From: Sphaerodactylus townsendi
Taxonomy: Eukaryota
Assembly: GCF_021028975.2 (NCBI RefSeq)
Contig: NC_059425.1
Location: 115,444,001-115,508,000 of the forward strand
Direction: 5' to 3'
DNA length: 64,000 nucleotides
Of the stretch, positions 24,723 through 36,800 are shown in pieces. Each line of letters opens with the position of its first letter. Position 1 is the first letter of the stretch. The notes below the pieces were generated by a model. That model did not search any database. It was not told where the DNA came from and worked only from the letters and a program-made list of their open reading frames with translations. A program made the translations under genes and the position numbers.

Positions 24723-26509
24723 TAAAACAGTGTTCCAAATAGAGATCAAGCAATATAACATATTTAAACACACAAATACCTTTTATGCTTTTACTCTTTA
24801 CCTAACGGCTAAGAAGCAGTCAATTTGAAATCTTTGCTTTGCAGTATGGTTTTGTACCATCCTTTTCCCCGTCCAGTTTTTGTCTCATGCACTGCTGTTT
24901 TGTATATCTGCAAAATCCGACTTTTGCTTTGCTAGGTACAGTGATGTAACCTATGACTTGGCCCCCTTCTGAACAGCAAGTGTATAATGTGTTGCAATCG
25001 TGATAAAGGAACCCATTTTCCTGTTTTCCCATTCACATGTCTTCCATGCAGGCAGCAATTGTAGGCCATGGGAACAATCGGAGTTGCTGTTGAGCCTTTG
25101 CACAAAGATGCTCCTTTTTTATTCACCTTCCACACATGCGTAGCTATATAGGCATGTGAACCCCCACAGCCAGAAGTGTATTGAGGGGAAATGGCGCCCA
25201 AGGGCAACACCTCCTCAGTGTGCCTGCCCACTCTTGGAAAGGGGCCTGCCCCCTGCCTCTCTGCAGGCCAGTTTTAGTTGTTGCTTCTTTTTTTTCTTAT
25301 TCCCTGCTGCCCCATCCCTGTTCTTTTTTCCAGTTCTTTTGAGACCACTTTTACCCCAGTCTTTTCTAGATGTTGAATTTGAGTCATCCTTTTCCTTGTG
25401 CACAATATTTATGTTGGTTTTCTTTGTCCCATCCATTCATATCCACCTCCAGACCATTTTCTAATTATCAGACTGTCAAACCATTCCTACTCCTCCGTGT
25501 GAAGATAAATGATTTCAGAGAGGAAAACCAGGCACAGCCCCATCTGTGGCCAACCAGGTCCCCCCATGCCAGCCCCCCAAAGGCCACGAACCATGGCATC
25601 ACCCAGTCAGGCCACACTCCTCTGGGCTGGTAGCCCAATCTGTGGCCACCCTGGGGTGGTGCCATGGTGGGATTCAGCCAGTTAGCTACTGGTTTGGCAG
25701 AATCCTACCTCTGGGTCCTTCCCCTGCCCAGATCCTACCTTCCCAAGGCTCTACCCCCAAATCTGCAGGAATTCCCAATCCAGAGCTGGCAATCTTCATT
25801 GTGTGTACAGCTGGAAATTAGGGGAGTAGTATTTTGGCCTGTCTGAAATATTGGAAAGTTCTGAAATTCTGGAATCCTGACAGACCTGCTTTGCAAGAGC
25901 AGGTTCACTTTCCAGTTCAGTTTGCCGTTTCCTAGGATCCAGTTCTGTTCAAGACTTTCTCCTGAAGAACTTTTGTAGTTATAATAAAGTTACCCGTCGG
26001 TTTTGTTCCGTCTATGTACTTTCATGATACAGAATAGAAACAAAGTTAGTTGACTAAGTAGTTTATTGTTTTTCTTGAATATTAAGATTTTTGTTGTACA
26101 AAGGAGAGATACTGAACTCTGTTACACTGAAGTTTCAAACAGACGTTGCATGGAAACAGTGTCCATAAAAACCCTGTTCAAACTTTTAGCAGTTTTTTGC
26201 TTATGTCCGCCAGTGGGCAAATTATAAAATGTTATAAGTTGAAGTCTAGCTCTCATGTGTGGGAAATACCGCAGAAGAAATGAAGTCCAATGTGCACATT
26301 AATTGTTTTTACTTCACATTCTCTCGGCCAGCCTTTTCAGTCTTCCTTGCAGCATTGAATTCTCTGATGAGAGAGGTGGGATGGATGGTGTGGGTAGGCA
26401 TGGTATGAGCTCTATATGTGTGTGCTTGTGAGAAAGGTAGAGTTGTAGGAAGCTGTGCTGTGATGGTATGTTTTTGACAGTGTGTTGATGTACGCCGAGG
26501 ATATTCTGA

Positions 26510-27063
26510 TTTATTTATTTATTTTTATTTATTATTCCACTTTTATACCGCCCTCCCCCAGAGGGCTCAGGGCGGTTTACAACAATAACAAAGCAAGTGG
26601 ACATATAAAACATATATAAAATTTTAAAAGCAGCGTTCAATTTCAATAACCAATTAAAACAGATGGCATCCGACTATTAAAAACTCCTCCAAGAGGGAAC
26701 AGCGGGCCTTAGTTGTTCTAGGCACCTTATCAGCGGCTGGACTCTCCAAAGGCCCGTTGGAATAATTCAGTCTTACAGGCCCTGCGGAACTTGTTAAGGT
26801 CCCGCAGGGCCCAGACAGCTGGAGGGAGAGCATTCCACCAGGCAGGGGCCAGGGCCGTAAATGCCCTGGCCCTAGTGGAGGCCAGCCGCATCATAGAGGG
26901 GGCGGGGATCACCAGCAGATTGGCCTCTGTTGAACGCAGAGACTGACCTGGGACATATGGGGCCAGACGGTCTCGTAGGTACGAGGGTCCCAGACCGCGT
27001 AAGGCCTTAAAGGTTAACACCAATACCTTGAAGACAATCCGGAACTCAACTGGGAGCCAGTGC
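26510..27063 (-). mobile_element. L2 LINE 3' fragment (same ORF2 family as 20461-22436)
   Basis: ORF 26730-27023 is nearly identical in protein to ORF 21805-22101. Terminal stem-loop and (TAAA)n tail at 26510-26580. Confidence 0.9.
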
Positions 27064-27175
27064 CTTTCTTATCTTTCTTATCTTTGTTGTAGTTGTGTGT
27101 GTTCATGAGACAGTGGCTGCCTTTTTGTTTCTTGTGTGTGTGTGTATGCATGACTGCATATATGTAGTCCCAGTT

Positions 27176-27323
27176 CCGTGGTGGCGAACCTATGGCATTC
27201 CAGATGTTCATGGACTACAATTCCCATCAGCCCCTGCCAGCATGGCCAATTGACCATGCTGGCAGGGGCTGATAGGAATTGTAGTTCATGAACATCTAGA
27301 GTGCCATAGGTTCGCCACCATTG
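27176..27323. mobile_element. 148-bp palindromic hAT MITE
   Basis: Fold-back with TIR C.GTGGTGGCGAACCTATGGCA and a perfect 8-bp TSD TCCCAGTT (27168-27175 / 27324-27331). Same core as 14147-14294. Confidence 0.95.
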
Positions 27324-29147
27324 TCCCAGTTCCTTGGTTTATATGCAGTAACTAATGTCAGTTCTGAATATATTTGAGTTCTTTTTTATGGTTCATAAAT
27401 TGTTCTTGGGACCATTGTCTCCGACCCATTGATCCCCATCTATAAACTCGGTGAATATTTTATAGAATTGCTTCTAGATGTTTAACTGCTTAAATGTGCA
27501 ATTGACACTGTGTAAGTATGTTTATCTAATGAATTCATCATCTTTTCACACACATTGCATTGAAGCCAATATTTCTTTAAAGTTTGCCTGTGTTGATCAG
27601 GTTGGTTAAACAGCTGGGGAAAAAATCCACAGAAATGTATTTTCTATTTTTTTTAAAAAATGAATGAAAACGATGTTCAGGCAGCATTCCAGGAAATAAG
27701 TCCCATTCAGATACCCACTGAAACTTTCTTCTGAGTAAACTTGTGGTATCAGGCTGTAAGATTGCCTAAACACTCCAATGAACCCCTTGCTTTCACTTAA
27801 CTTAAAACAACTGCCCTTATTTGGCAAATGTGGAAAGTATCTAATAAATGTCTTCAATTGACCCTGCCTATTTTTGGAGCCAGAGTTTTATCATAAGCTG
27901 ACAAGACAGCCCAGAAAGGAACTTGACATTTCAAGTACAGAATACGTTCTTCCTAAAGGCTCAACTGCTATCTGTTTAATACATTTTTATGTCAGTTATT
28001 CTGTGTAATGTCATCTTCTCCACAGAAAAAGAACAGAGGTTTAAAATTATTTAAAGGCGTCCAAAAGATTGGCTTCAATCTAGCTTAAGCATTTCTTCCA
28101 TTGTCTGAGCTTCTTGTGATGGTCTAAATAAAATCCCAGGTGTGAGGAGTAATAATTCTTAAGTTTCTATTTTTGTTTGTTTTTAGTATATCTTGGCTAC
28201 TAGATTTGTGGAAAAATAAATCTTTTGTGCTTAGTTTCAGTTTATCTGAACTACCTTGCATTTTGAAGGAAGTTGAATTATCTCTTACGTTGCCTTTTTT
28301 AAAAAAATCCTGCTTAGGACTTTTTAGAGGAGAGAAAGTGAAAAAATAAAGACTGAGATGAACTAGGCCCTCACCGATTTCTAGCTGCAGCCTACATTTG
28401 AGGGGTCACCTTCTAAGATAGGGGGAAAGGAGCCCTTGATTTTTGCTGCAAAGTACAGACTTGATTTCTCAGGAAGCTACTTCTCAGGCAGGATGGCAAA
28501 GAGGCTGCTTTTCAATTGTTTAAGGCTTATTAAAACACTACAGAATATTCATATAAATACTGTGGAGACAGATCAGAATGTATAAAATTTGTATTTAATC
28601 AAGTGCCTGAACCAAGGATTGATGAATCAAAATGGCTCTGTGTAAGTGACCAGCAAGCCTGCATGTTACCAGCTTGCTAGTGAAGATGCAGGCAACTACA
28701 GATAACACCTTTGGAATCTTGTAACTACAGGCTACTACGTGACAGCAGACAGATGCATTTTATTACTCTATTTTTGGGTTAGAACTAGCTAAATGAATGT
28801 GATTAGTTAAATTACAAAGTATTTTTCTATATAGTTAAATGAACACAGAAATGATAAATAAGTGATTCACATTTACTTGTATTTGATCATAATTCTATTG
28901 TCTTAGAATCGAAGGAATAATTGTTTTAGAATCAGTGTAGGTAAAATCTGTTAGAATTATGTTTTAACATTTTATGCTGGGAGAGAAGGGAAGTTTTATG
29001 ATCCAAAAATATGTTAGCCTGCATGCCCTAGAGGCATAGCTCTCTCTCTCGGAGCAAACCAAGAATAACAAGTTATTCTTGAAGACAACAAGCTACTTTA
29101 TTGATGCCCTTTGTATATGCACAGAGAGACAGCACGCACTAACAGCA

Positions 29148-29475
29148 TGTAGCATTTGACGTAGAATAAGGGGCTGTCTTACTGTGACCAAAGACAGATC
29201 TGATCCAGTGGGGTTTGAACATGCTTGTATCACGTGAAAGAGGTATGAACTATGATGATTGTGTGACGTTTGTATTTTTTTGCATCTATAAAACTTGGTC
29301 CCTTTGTATCAAGGGTGTGCCTCTTATCCTTAAGGGGACACCCTGGCCAGATACTTATGCTGTCCAGTAAACTTATCTTCTGTTTCAAAAACTGCTTCTT
29401 GGGTGTTTGCTAATTCTAAGTTTTTCTTAAACTAATTCAGCTGTGTAGGACCAGAGACTTGCTTCTGGCCCCACA
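29148..29475 (+). mobile_element. Possible ERV-type solo LTR
   Basis: TG start, TATA box ctataaaa at ~29286, AGTAAA polyA-like signal at ~29366, end ...ggccccaca. No clear TSD, and the 5' boundary is uncertain. Confidence 0.35.
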
Positions 29476-30769
29476 ATACAGAATGTCATGTGCTTTCCTT
29501 GTCCTAGAACATTTTTCGGAGGCTATCTAAAACATGCTCTTTTTTCCTGAGCTATCTTCAGACCAGAGTTTTTGTTCTCCTGCCAGTTGTCTTGAGGCCA
29601 ATAGTTCAGATCACCCTCAGGAAACCACACCCAACCATTATTCCTTTCCTTTATTGATCTACCTCATCTAAATAGTTTTTATACTTCCACCCACCAATCT
29701 ATATTTTTTCTTACATAAAAACAAAGCGTATGCAAGTTTGCTGTAAAGTTCAGAGATTTTCTTTGAGTCATATTGGTCCAAAAATAAAATCCAAAAATCA
29801 AGAACACTATCCATGCAATACTTTTTTAAATGACCAACATGGTGAAACATAACAGTGGGCAGGCTTGCAAGTACACAAGAACTCTTCATCAGGCTGAATG
29901 TCGCCCTCCCCCCCATTTTTAAAATGCTTTGGGAAGGGAGACTGCTACAGGACAATTTGTTAATTTTTGTTTAAGCTTGCATTGTGTATTGGCTATGCAG
30001 ACATTCAGAGCTGGTTCCAAGTTACTCCAAATGAAATAAAATGATTATACTACATAAAGTAAAGAAAGCCCAACAAATATTTCTGATTTCTCTCTAAACC
30101 AGTGAGACTCAAAACACCTTTTGGGAAGAGACACTTGAAATCACTTGAAAGTGTCATTGTATTAACTCAACGATAAATTTAGAATGTTGAATGAAATATG
30201 GAGGCAGTTGAAGCCAGATTAGGTGGTTTGCCTCATGTTCCATTCTTGTAGTTACATTAGTCTCTAGATATCAGGCATCTCTCTATTGGATGACTTTAGG
30301 CATCATAAAAGTAGAAAGAGGTTATTTACAGTCATATTGTCTTTAAGTAAATTCCAAAAACCAAGAACACAACCAAAGATTTGCCAGACAAAAAAGATCA
30401 GTAGCTGTATTTTGGCAAATGAGCATTGGTACGTATGAGCATTGGCAGACAAAACTGAACTTGAGATAAAATGGCAATTAATGTAGGAGGGAGGATATTT
30501 CGCTTTGCTCCAGCTCTTTATTTTAAGAATATACAATCAGAAACATACAACGGCACTGAAGTTTTGTTTCTAAATGGATTACAACTCAAAATGAGACTGG
30601 CCTACAATGAAAGACTCTGGAATAATATTGTGAAATACAGAGAATGTAACAAATGGAAGGGTGGTGCTCAGTTGATTGTTGAGGGACTATGTTCATTTCA
30701 GTTTAAGAATATAAGAAGATGTTCTTGGACTGATTTATGACATTTTAACACAGAGTACACTTCAACAGT

Positions 30770-30975
30770 GCCTGACCTTCATAGCTCAGGCTAGTCCAAT
30801 TTCGTCACATTTTAGAAACTATGCAGGGTCAGCCCTAGTTATTATTTGGATGGGAGACAATCAAGGAAGTCCAGGGTTGTAATGCAGATGCAGGCAGTGG
30901 CAAACCACCTCTGAACATCTCTTGCCTTGAAAACCTCTATAAGTCAGCTGCAACATGATGGCCCTTTCCATCATG
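30770..30975 (+). mobile_element. 5S rRNA-headed SINE with RTE/Sauria-type tail (5S-Sauria-like)
   Basis: 5S-like gcagggtcagccctagtta...ttggatgggagac is followed by ggcagtggcaaaccacctctg...tcttgccttgaaaacc. A second copy lies at 36510. Confidence 0.75.
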
Positions 30976-30989
30976 TTGGAAAGTGCCAG

Positions 30990-31350
30990 TGTAGTGCTAG
31001 TGTGGTGTAGTGGTTAACAGCAGATACACTCTAATCTGGAGAACCAGGTTTGATCCCCCGCTCTGTCACTTGAGCTGTGGAGGCTAATCTGGTGAACTAG
31101 ATTAGCTTGTGCACTCCAACACATGCCAACTTGTTGCCCTTGGGCTCATCACAGTTCTTTGCAGCTCTCAGTCCCATCTACCACACAGGGTGTTTATTGT
31201 GAGGGGAGAAGGGAAAGGAGTTTGTAAGCCCCTTTGAGTCTCCTTCAGGAGAGAAAGAGGGGAATATAAATTCAACTCTTCTTCTTCTTCTTCTTCTTCT
31301 TCTTCTTCTTCTTCTTCTTCTTCTTCTTCTTCTTCTTCTTCTTCTTCTTC
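30990..31350 (+). mobile_element. Squam3-type SINE with expanded (CTT)n tail
   Basis: tggtgtagtggttaa head, ctctaatctggagaaccaggtttgat, and the same body and 3' end as the copy at 9800. Confidence 0.85.
31278..31350. repeat. (CTT)~24 microsatellite
   Basis: Pure trinucleotide run forming the SINE tail. Confidence 0.98.
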
Positions 31351-32394
31351 ATTACTACCAACTGTTTCCATGTATATCAAGACTGAATTTGATCCAGGAC
31401 TTGTTTTGAATGCTAAGGGTTAGATTTTGAAGCTTCTTTTTTATCATCCTCAATATAAAAAGAGCATTTGTACATATGGATAGGCTACCTTTGAATAAAT
31501 ACAAGCAGCCATTCACATTCCTAGTAGAGCTGCCAGACGGTAGTGGGGGCATGAGAGGGGTGTTATAATAATGGCATGACATTTCCAAGTTGAACCACTC
31601 CAGGTTTGCCCCAGAAATATCATCATGCTGTTAATGTGTTGGCAATTTCCCCTTGTTTTTTCTCCTGACAGCCTACTGAGTTGCAGCTGGGATTCAGGGG
31701 GCAGCCACTGGGGGCTGCTGGCTATAGTGGGAGATCTGGCAACATTAATACCTGGGGTTGGGAGGCTGGAAGGTATAATCTCCAGATGGGTGTGGGCCAT
31801 GCAACATCGTTTAGAAGTTGCGCATGGGTTTTCAGACATTGATGGAGTATATCATTGGATTAATATTCTGATCCTAAAATCTTGTATGCTGTGTCCTCTG
31901 AAAGAAATCTGTTTGGTATATTGGTTAAAATAGCAAAGTTTGCCCAGTCTTGGAAGCATGACATTGAGTGCAGTAAAAATCAGTCCAGTCAAGAAGCAAA
32001 TTGCAGAAAGGTAAAATTTACATTTATTCAAGTAGATTTTGTTCACATTCATGTTGCTGTTGGAAGAAAGATAAGAATTCTAATCTAAAGAATGTACTTT
32101 CCTATGCAAATGGGTAGCTATTTTGGCTGCATGTGAATGCAAATATGAAATATTTGCTTCTACAGGAAAGACCTGTAGAAGCATCTGACTCCATGTAGGT
32201 CCATGTGGGAAATGAGTGGCTACTGAGAGAAAAGGAGAAGAACAGTGGCTACTGAGAGAGGAGGAGGAGGGGTCAGAGGGCAGCTCCCAGGTACAGACAA
32301 AGAGCGAACAACTCATCAAAAGATAACACTTATACACTTTGAGAGATATAGCACCTCCTCCCCAATGTGTTGGCATGCTGAGTCACTCTCACTC

Positions 32395-32978
32395 CAACAA
32401 TAGCATGTTATTTTGGGTGTCTGTGATTACCCAAGATGATGTTACCTCTGCTTGGGAAAGGATGGCTTTTGTCTCTATTCAGAAGTCAACCGTGATTCTC
32501 CATCATATGGATGATTTGTTTTTTTGTCTTGGATGGCTTTCTCCTTTTTGATGAGCAGATCAATAGATCATCCCATTACTGGTGGACCTGTATTCCCTGC
32601 ATTCAGGTGAGGACCACTAGTGTCATCAGGACCGTGGAGACACTTGAGGTACCAAGCCTAGTCTAAATGGAAGGGTATGGAACTGGGGGAATCTGAGAAA
32701 TCTACAATGTACTGCATGAATAGGGATGTGCAGGTATGTCAACATGAGGTTTATGGAAATCATGAAGCATCCTGGATTGAGAGATTCAGTAATTGACCAA
32801 AAGGTCTCCATACAGAAGTATTTTTGAGTCATGAACCTGTTGATGTATTTTAGGACTTGTATGGCTTATCAATCCTTATTCTTCTTGGAGACAATGAGGA
32901 ATATGGATTAGGCTCCAAAGTGTCTCTTGTCAGAAGGCACCCTTTCTATGGTTTTTATTGCCAATAGATTTCCAATTT
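32395..32978 (-). mobile_element. DIRS-type (tyrosine recombinase) retrotransposon RT remnant
   Basis: Minus-strand translation: LLAIKTIERVP...SIFLIVSKKN...LKYINRF...FCMETF...YLHIPIH..HCRFLRF..LPF.L...QGIQVH.*WDDLLI...NHG.LLNRDKS. This is the DIRS1 RT motif order, heavily decayed. Confidence 0.8.
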
Positions 32979-32979
32979 A

Positions 32980-33240
32980 AACATTGAAAGTGATGCTGCT
33001 TCAGGGTGGGGGATAATCCACCCCAATACAGTATCACTTTCAATGTTGTTTTAACTGGGGACCCCAGATTCTACCTTTAAGGGGGATTTAAAATGAGAAT
33101 CTGGGCTCCCTAGTTTAAACACCATTGAAAGTGATGCTGTTTGGGGGTTGATTCCAGCATCACAGCAGCTGCCCATTGGGGGGCCATGCAAAACTCAGAT
33201 TTTGCACTGGGCTCCATTTTCCCTAGCTACGACTCTGATC
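32980..33240 (-). mobile_element. Dispersed repeat with internal inverted repeats, hAT-like end
   Basis: The block cattgaaagtgatgctg occurs twice in direct and once in inverted orientation. The minus strand starts cagagtcgtagctaggg. It truncates the DIRS remnant. Confidence 0.35.
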
Positions 33241-34163
33241 TCAACCATCACAAAGGTATTAGCTAATTAGAACAGTGATGAATTCCTGATATTACTTCAT
33301 TATACAATTATGCTGTGATTCAGATTAACAGTGTTTATTTAATGTCTGATTTTAACATTAAACTGTTCATTTAGAAAATCAAGTTAACAGCACTATAACT
33401 CTGTCTATGCTTGAGCAAAACAGAATTTCTATTCATTGTGGTTAACTCTATTTTTATTCCAATTGGGTGAAGAGCATTTAGACATGTACTATTAACAATG
33501 TACTCATCAACCTTTCTCTCCCAACCAGTGTCTTAATGCTGTTAAATTGGAACAATAAGGACCACCCTGATTTCTCTGCATCTTTAATTCTGTTTCAAGT
33601 GGATGTGATGTAAAACGTACTTGCCTCATATGAAAGCAGGCTAGTTGCAAACAGAAGGCCACACTCACCCATGTGTAGAGTAGCATGGTAGCCACAGCTA
33701 CTTACTGACAGTGATTTCCCAGCCCAGAATGCATGTGAATGACACACTCAATTGGGTAAAGACAGTTGCATGGGTCATCCCCACTATTGTGTTTCTGGCA
33801 CCAAAAGGAACCAGTAGTGTTAGAATAGGAGACCCCTTCCATAGCTGTTAAAAGTGGTGAAACAAAATTCAATAAAATGGTCATAAATATAACTGCTGAG
33901 TCAGTAATGCCTCAAAAACATGTACAATCCAACCACTGAAAATTACAAATTGCCAAGATTGCCTAGGCATGTACCTTAAACAAAGCACACATTTATTATA
34001 ATACATTACAAAGTCGCAGATCTTCAATTTAGTAGAAACTCAGAATGACAAAACCATCCATCTCCCTCTTTTTTAAAAGCTTATTGATGCCAGTAGAATG
34101 AGGTTATTCCTGAAGAAATCTTCTCATGCCTGCAACTGTTCCACTGAGAGTTAAGAAAAGGCT

Positions 34164-34171
34164 TGACGTCA
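34164..34171. promoter_or_regulatory. Full CRE/ATF palindrome TGACGTCA in a TE-free block
   Basis: Exact motif with its CpG retained in CpG-depleted DNA, next to TGTCA, CAGGTG and CAGCTG motifs. Function is untested. Confidence 0.3.
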
Positions 34172-35427
34172 GCCTGTCATACAATTAGGCCAGGTGAAAT
34201 AGTCCACTTCTGATGGCTACAGCTGGGATATGATTAAAAGGCTGTCAATCCAACAATTATGTTTTACTTGCTTAGGGGAAACATTTAGACTTTCTGCCAG
34301 GTGTATCGAAACATTTTGGGTTATCTCTGACTAAAGTTTGAGGGATTCATTAAAATGGTGTCTTGAGTCCCATACCTGCTACTGAGACTGGCTGGAGTCT
34401 CCATAACAATGCAGCAATGATTGTCTCCAAGCGTGGCAAACAATGTTCTGTGGTTCAGACTGGCTTTTCTGGATAAATTAGTATTTCATCTAAACACAGT
34501 TTTGAATCCTTCTTTGGCATACTTTTTAGGGTGCACTGTTAATATGACCAGAATAGTTAAAAGCAGTGAAAAATGGAGAATTAGGAATTAATAAATGGAA
34601 GGATGTTCCATTTTAGGAAGTGCCTGTAGAATTTTTTTTTGTCACGCTCCTGACTATACAGAACTTTGCAACAATGTCCTAGCCTTGTAACTGGGTAAAA
34701 TAGAGACTATCATAACCTAAACACCAGGCAGACTGGCAGGCAAGCAGGCAGCAGCACTCAGTTATTAAGCTGATCAGATGAAATGACCAGTGACTAATGC
34801 AGGTCAGTGAAGACAAATGCTGTGCTCTTACCATGGTTGCTTGAAGATGGCAATTGATATAGGGAGTTTTGCAACCATCATTCTGTAAACTCTCTGTTGC
34901 TGACTGATTAACAGCCCCAAACCACCCACCCCCACCCCATGTCAGTGGTCTGAACTCTTGGCTACCAATTAGTCAGCAACCGTGAATTGATATGAAGCTA
35001 ATTATGACACCCTTTGCCTTCCTCTGATTATGAATAAACAAAGTATGTTAATTTCTTTCTCCATTGTCCAGTAGTGATTAACAGTGCCAAGTGATGAATT
35101 GTTTCACTGACTGCCACTACACTCTGTGACTTGAAAAAATTATAACTAGTCAGAAGTCAAGCAGATACCCTTCTCCTGATATGCTGAGTGCAAATACATC
35201 TCTAACTACTTTTCACAGTGAAAAATACTAAATTTTAAGTTTTGAAAGAGACAATGAACACTAAAATACACATTTAAATGCCTTGGTAATTTATTGCATG
35301 ATTTTTCCATATCATACTCAGCGCTGGACACGCTCAAACCCATCAGCGTTAATAACAGGCTTTGGTGTTCTGACTCTCTGCAGGATTGTGTCCATAATAG
35401 TCACAGGAAATAATTACAACTTCCACA

Positions 35428-35790
35428 ATGTAATTGTACCTCTCTATTCTGAATTGGTTACACTTCACCTGGAATATTGTGTACAGTTCTGGGCACTGCA
35501 ATTCAAGAAGGATATTGACAAGCTGGGACAGGTCCAGAGGAGGGCAACCAAAATGGTAAAAGGTCTGGAATCCATGCCCTTCAAGGAGAGACTTAGGGAG
35601 CTGGGTATGTTTAGTTTGGTGAAGAGAAGGTTAAAAGGTGACATGATAGTCATGTTTAGATATTTGAAGGGATGTCATGTTGGTGAGGAAGCAAGCTTGT
35701 TTTCTGCTGCTCCAGAGACTAGGACCAGGAGTAATGGTTTCAAGGTGAAGGAAAAGAGATTCCATCTAAGCATCAAGAAAAACTTCCTAA
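35428..35790 (+). mobile_element. CR1 LINE fragment (different subfamily from 5283)
   Basis: [42 protein letters not shown]...[19 protein letters not shown] within ORF 35283-35825. Confidence 0.9.
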
Positions 35791-35794
35791 CATG

Positions 35795-36495
35795 GACCCA
35801 GTTAGAAGCTCAGCTGTGGCTTTAGTCTTGTCCCTTTAGAAACAGGTTAAGGAGTTGGCCAAAAGTGCCTTCTGTGAGTTCCATCAGGTATGGAGGCTAT
35901 GCACTTTCTTAGTCCCAATGAATTTCACCATGGTGATTCACGGGATAGTAACCTTAAGGTTAATCTATTGTGACATGTAGTATATGCCCATGAGGGAAAA
36001 TTTAAACTAGTATAATATGCATCAGCATGCTTACTAGCTGGAGGCAGCCCCTTTTGCATATATTATACTTATTCTGATATCTCTACACTGGTTGTGGTTT
36101 GTTTCCAAGTTCAGTTGATGGTGCTCATTGTTATTTTAGCAGCTCTTCATAATCTGGACATCACATTTCAAGACTGCCTCTCCCAGTATCAAGTTGTTTG
36201 ATAGTTACAGTGCTTAGACCAACACTTATGGGTTATTATCTCTGTAAATTAGTTAGCGTGGTCACTGCTTTTTCAATAGCTACTCCTGTTTTACGGAATA
36301 GTGCTTTGACTCTGAGATTCTACAAGTTGTGTAAGGTGAAATTATTCAAGAAGACTTTTGACAATGCAAACTGATTTTAATGATATATTTTAGTGCTTAT
36401 TTTAAATGGGTTTGTAATTATATATTTTTTATCATTGTGGCCTGCCCTAAGTCTGGTTTCAGAGAAAGGTGGGCTTAAATTGCTCTAAGTAAAAA
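35795..36495 (+). mobile_element. Old L2 LINE 3' fragment
   Basis: Degraded homologues of the RLDYC and LHWL regions, and a terminal gcctgccctaagtct...aaaggtgggcttaaat. Confidence 0.65.
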
Positions 36496-36509
36496 ATGTC
36501 ATGTAATCC

Positions 36510-36712
36510 ATACCTGAGTAGTCCAGGCTAGCTCAATGTAGTCAGATCTCAGGAGCTAAGCAGGGTCAGTCCTGATTAGTAGTTGGATAGGAAACCACGA
36601 AGCAAAAAAGGGTTGCTATGCAGAGGCAGGCAATGCAAACCACCTCTGATTGTCCCTTACCTTGAAAACCCCATGGGGTTCCCATAAATTAGTAGTGACT
36701 TGATGTCCTCCT
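36510..36712 (+). mobile_element. 5S rRNA-headed SINE (5S-Sauria-like)
   Basis: gtcagatctcaggagctaagcagggtcag.cctg.ttagta.ttggat (5S internal control region) plus ggcaatgcaaaccacctctg...ccttgaaaaccccatgggg tail. Confidence 0.75.
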
Positions 36713-36724
36713 CACAAAAAAACC

Positions 36725-36800
36725 CTAATACTTTCAAGTAAGATCAAACAAAATAGTGTGCAAGCTTTTGAGTTCTTCAGAATTCTTAATCAGAGTAGTT
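36725..36800 (-). mobile_element. Penelope-like terminal remnant with degenerate hammerhead core
   Basis: Minus strand reads CTGATTA-agaattct-ga-agaactc-AAAA-gcttgc, versus the hammerhead pattern CTGATGA-stem II-GAAA. Confidence 0.4.

Noticed and set aside
24027-24828. CpG island or promoter with overlapping ORFs
   Set aside because: It is bounded precisely by Harbinger TIRs and a TAA TSD. The ORFs reflect high GC and have no recognisable product.
30780-30870. 5S rRNA gene (also 36530-36600)
   Set aside because: Partial, diverged and fused to an RTE/Sauria-type tail, so a SINE rather than an rRNA gene.
31168-31380. Poly-glutamate ORF
   Set aside because: It is the antisense reading of the SINE (CTT)n tail.
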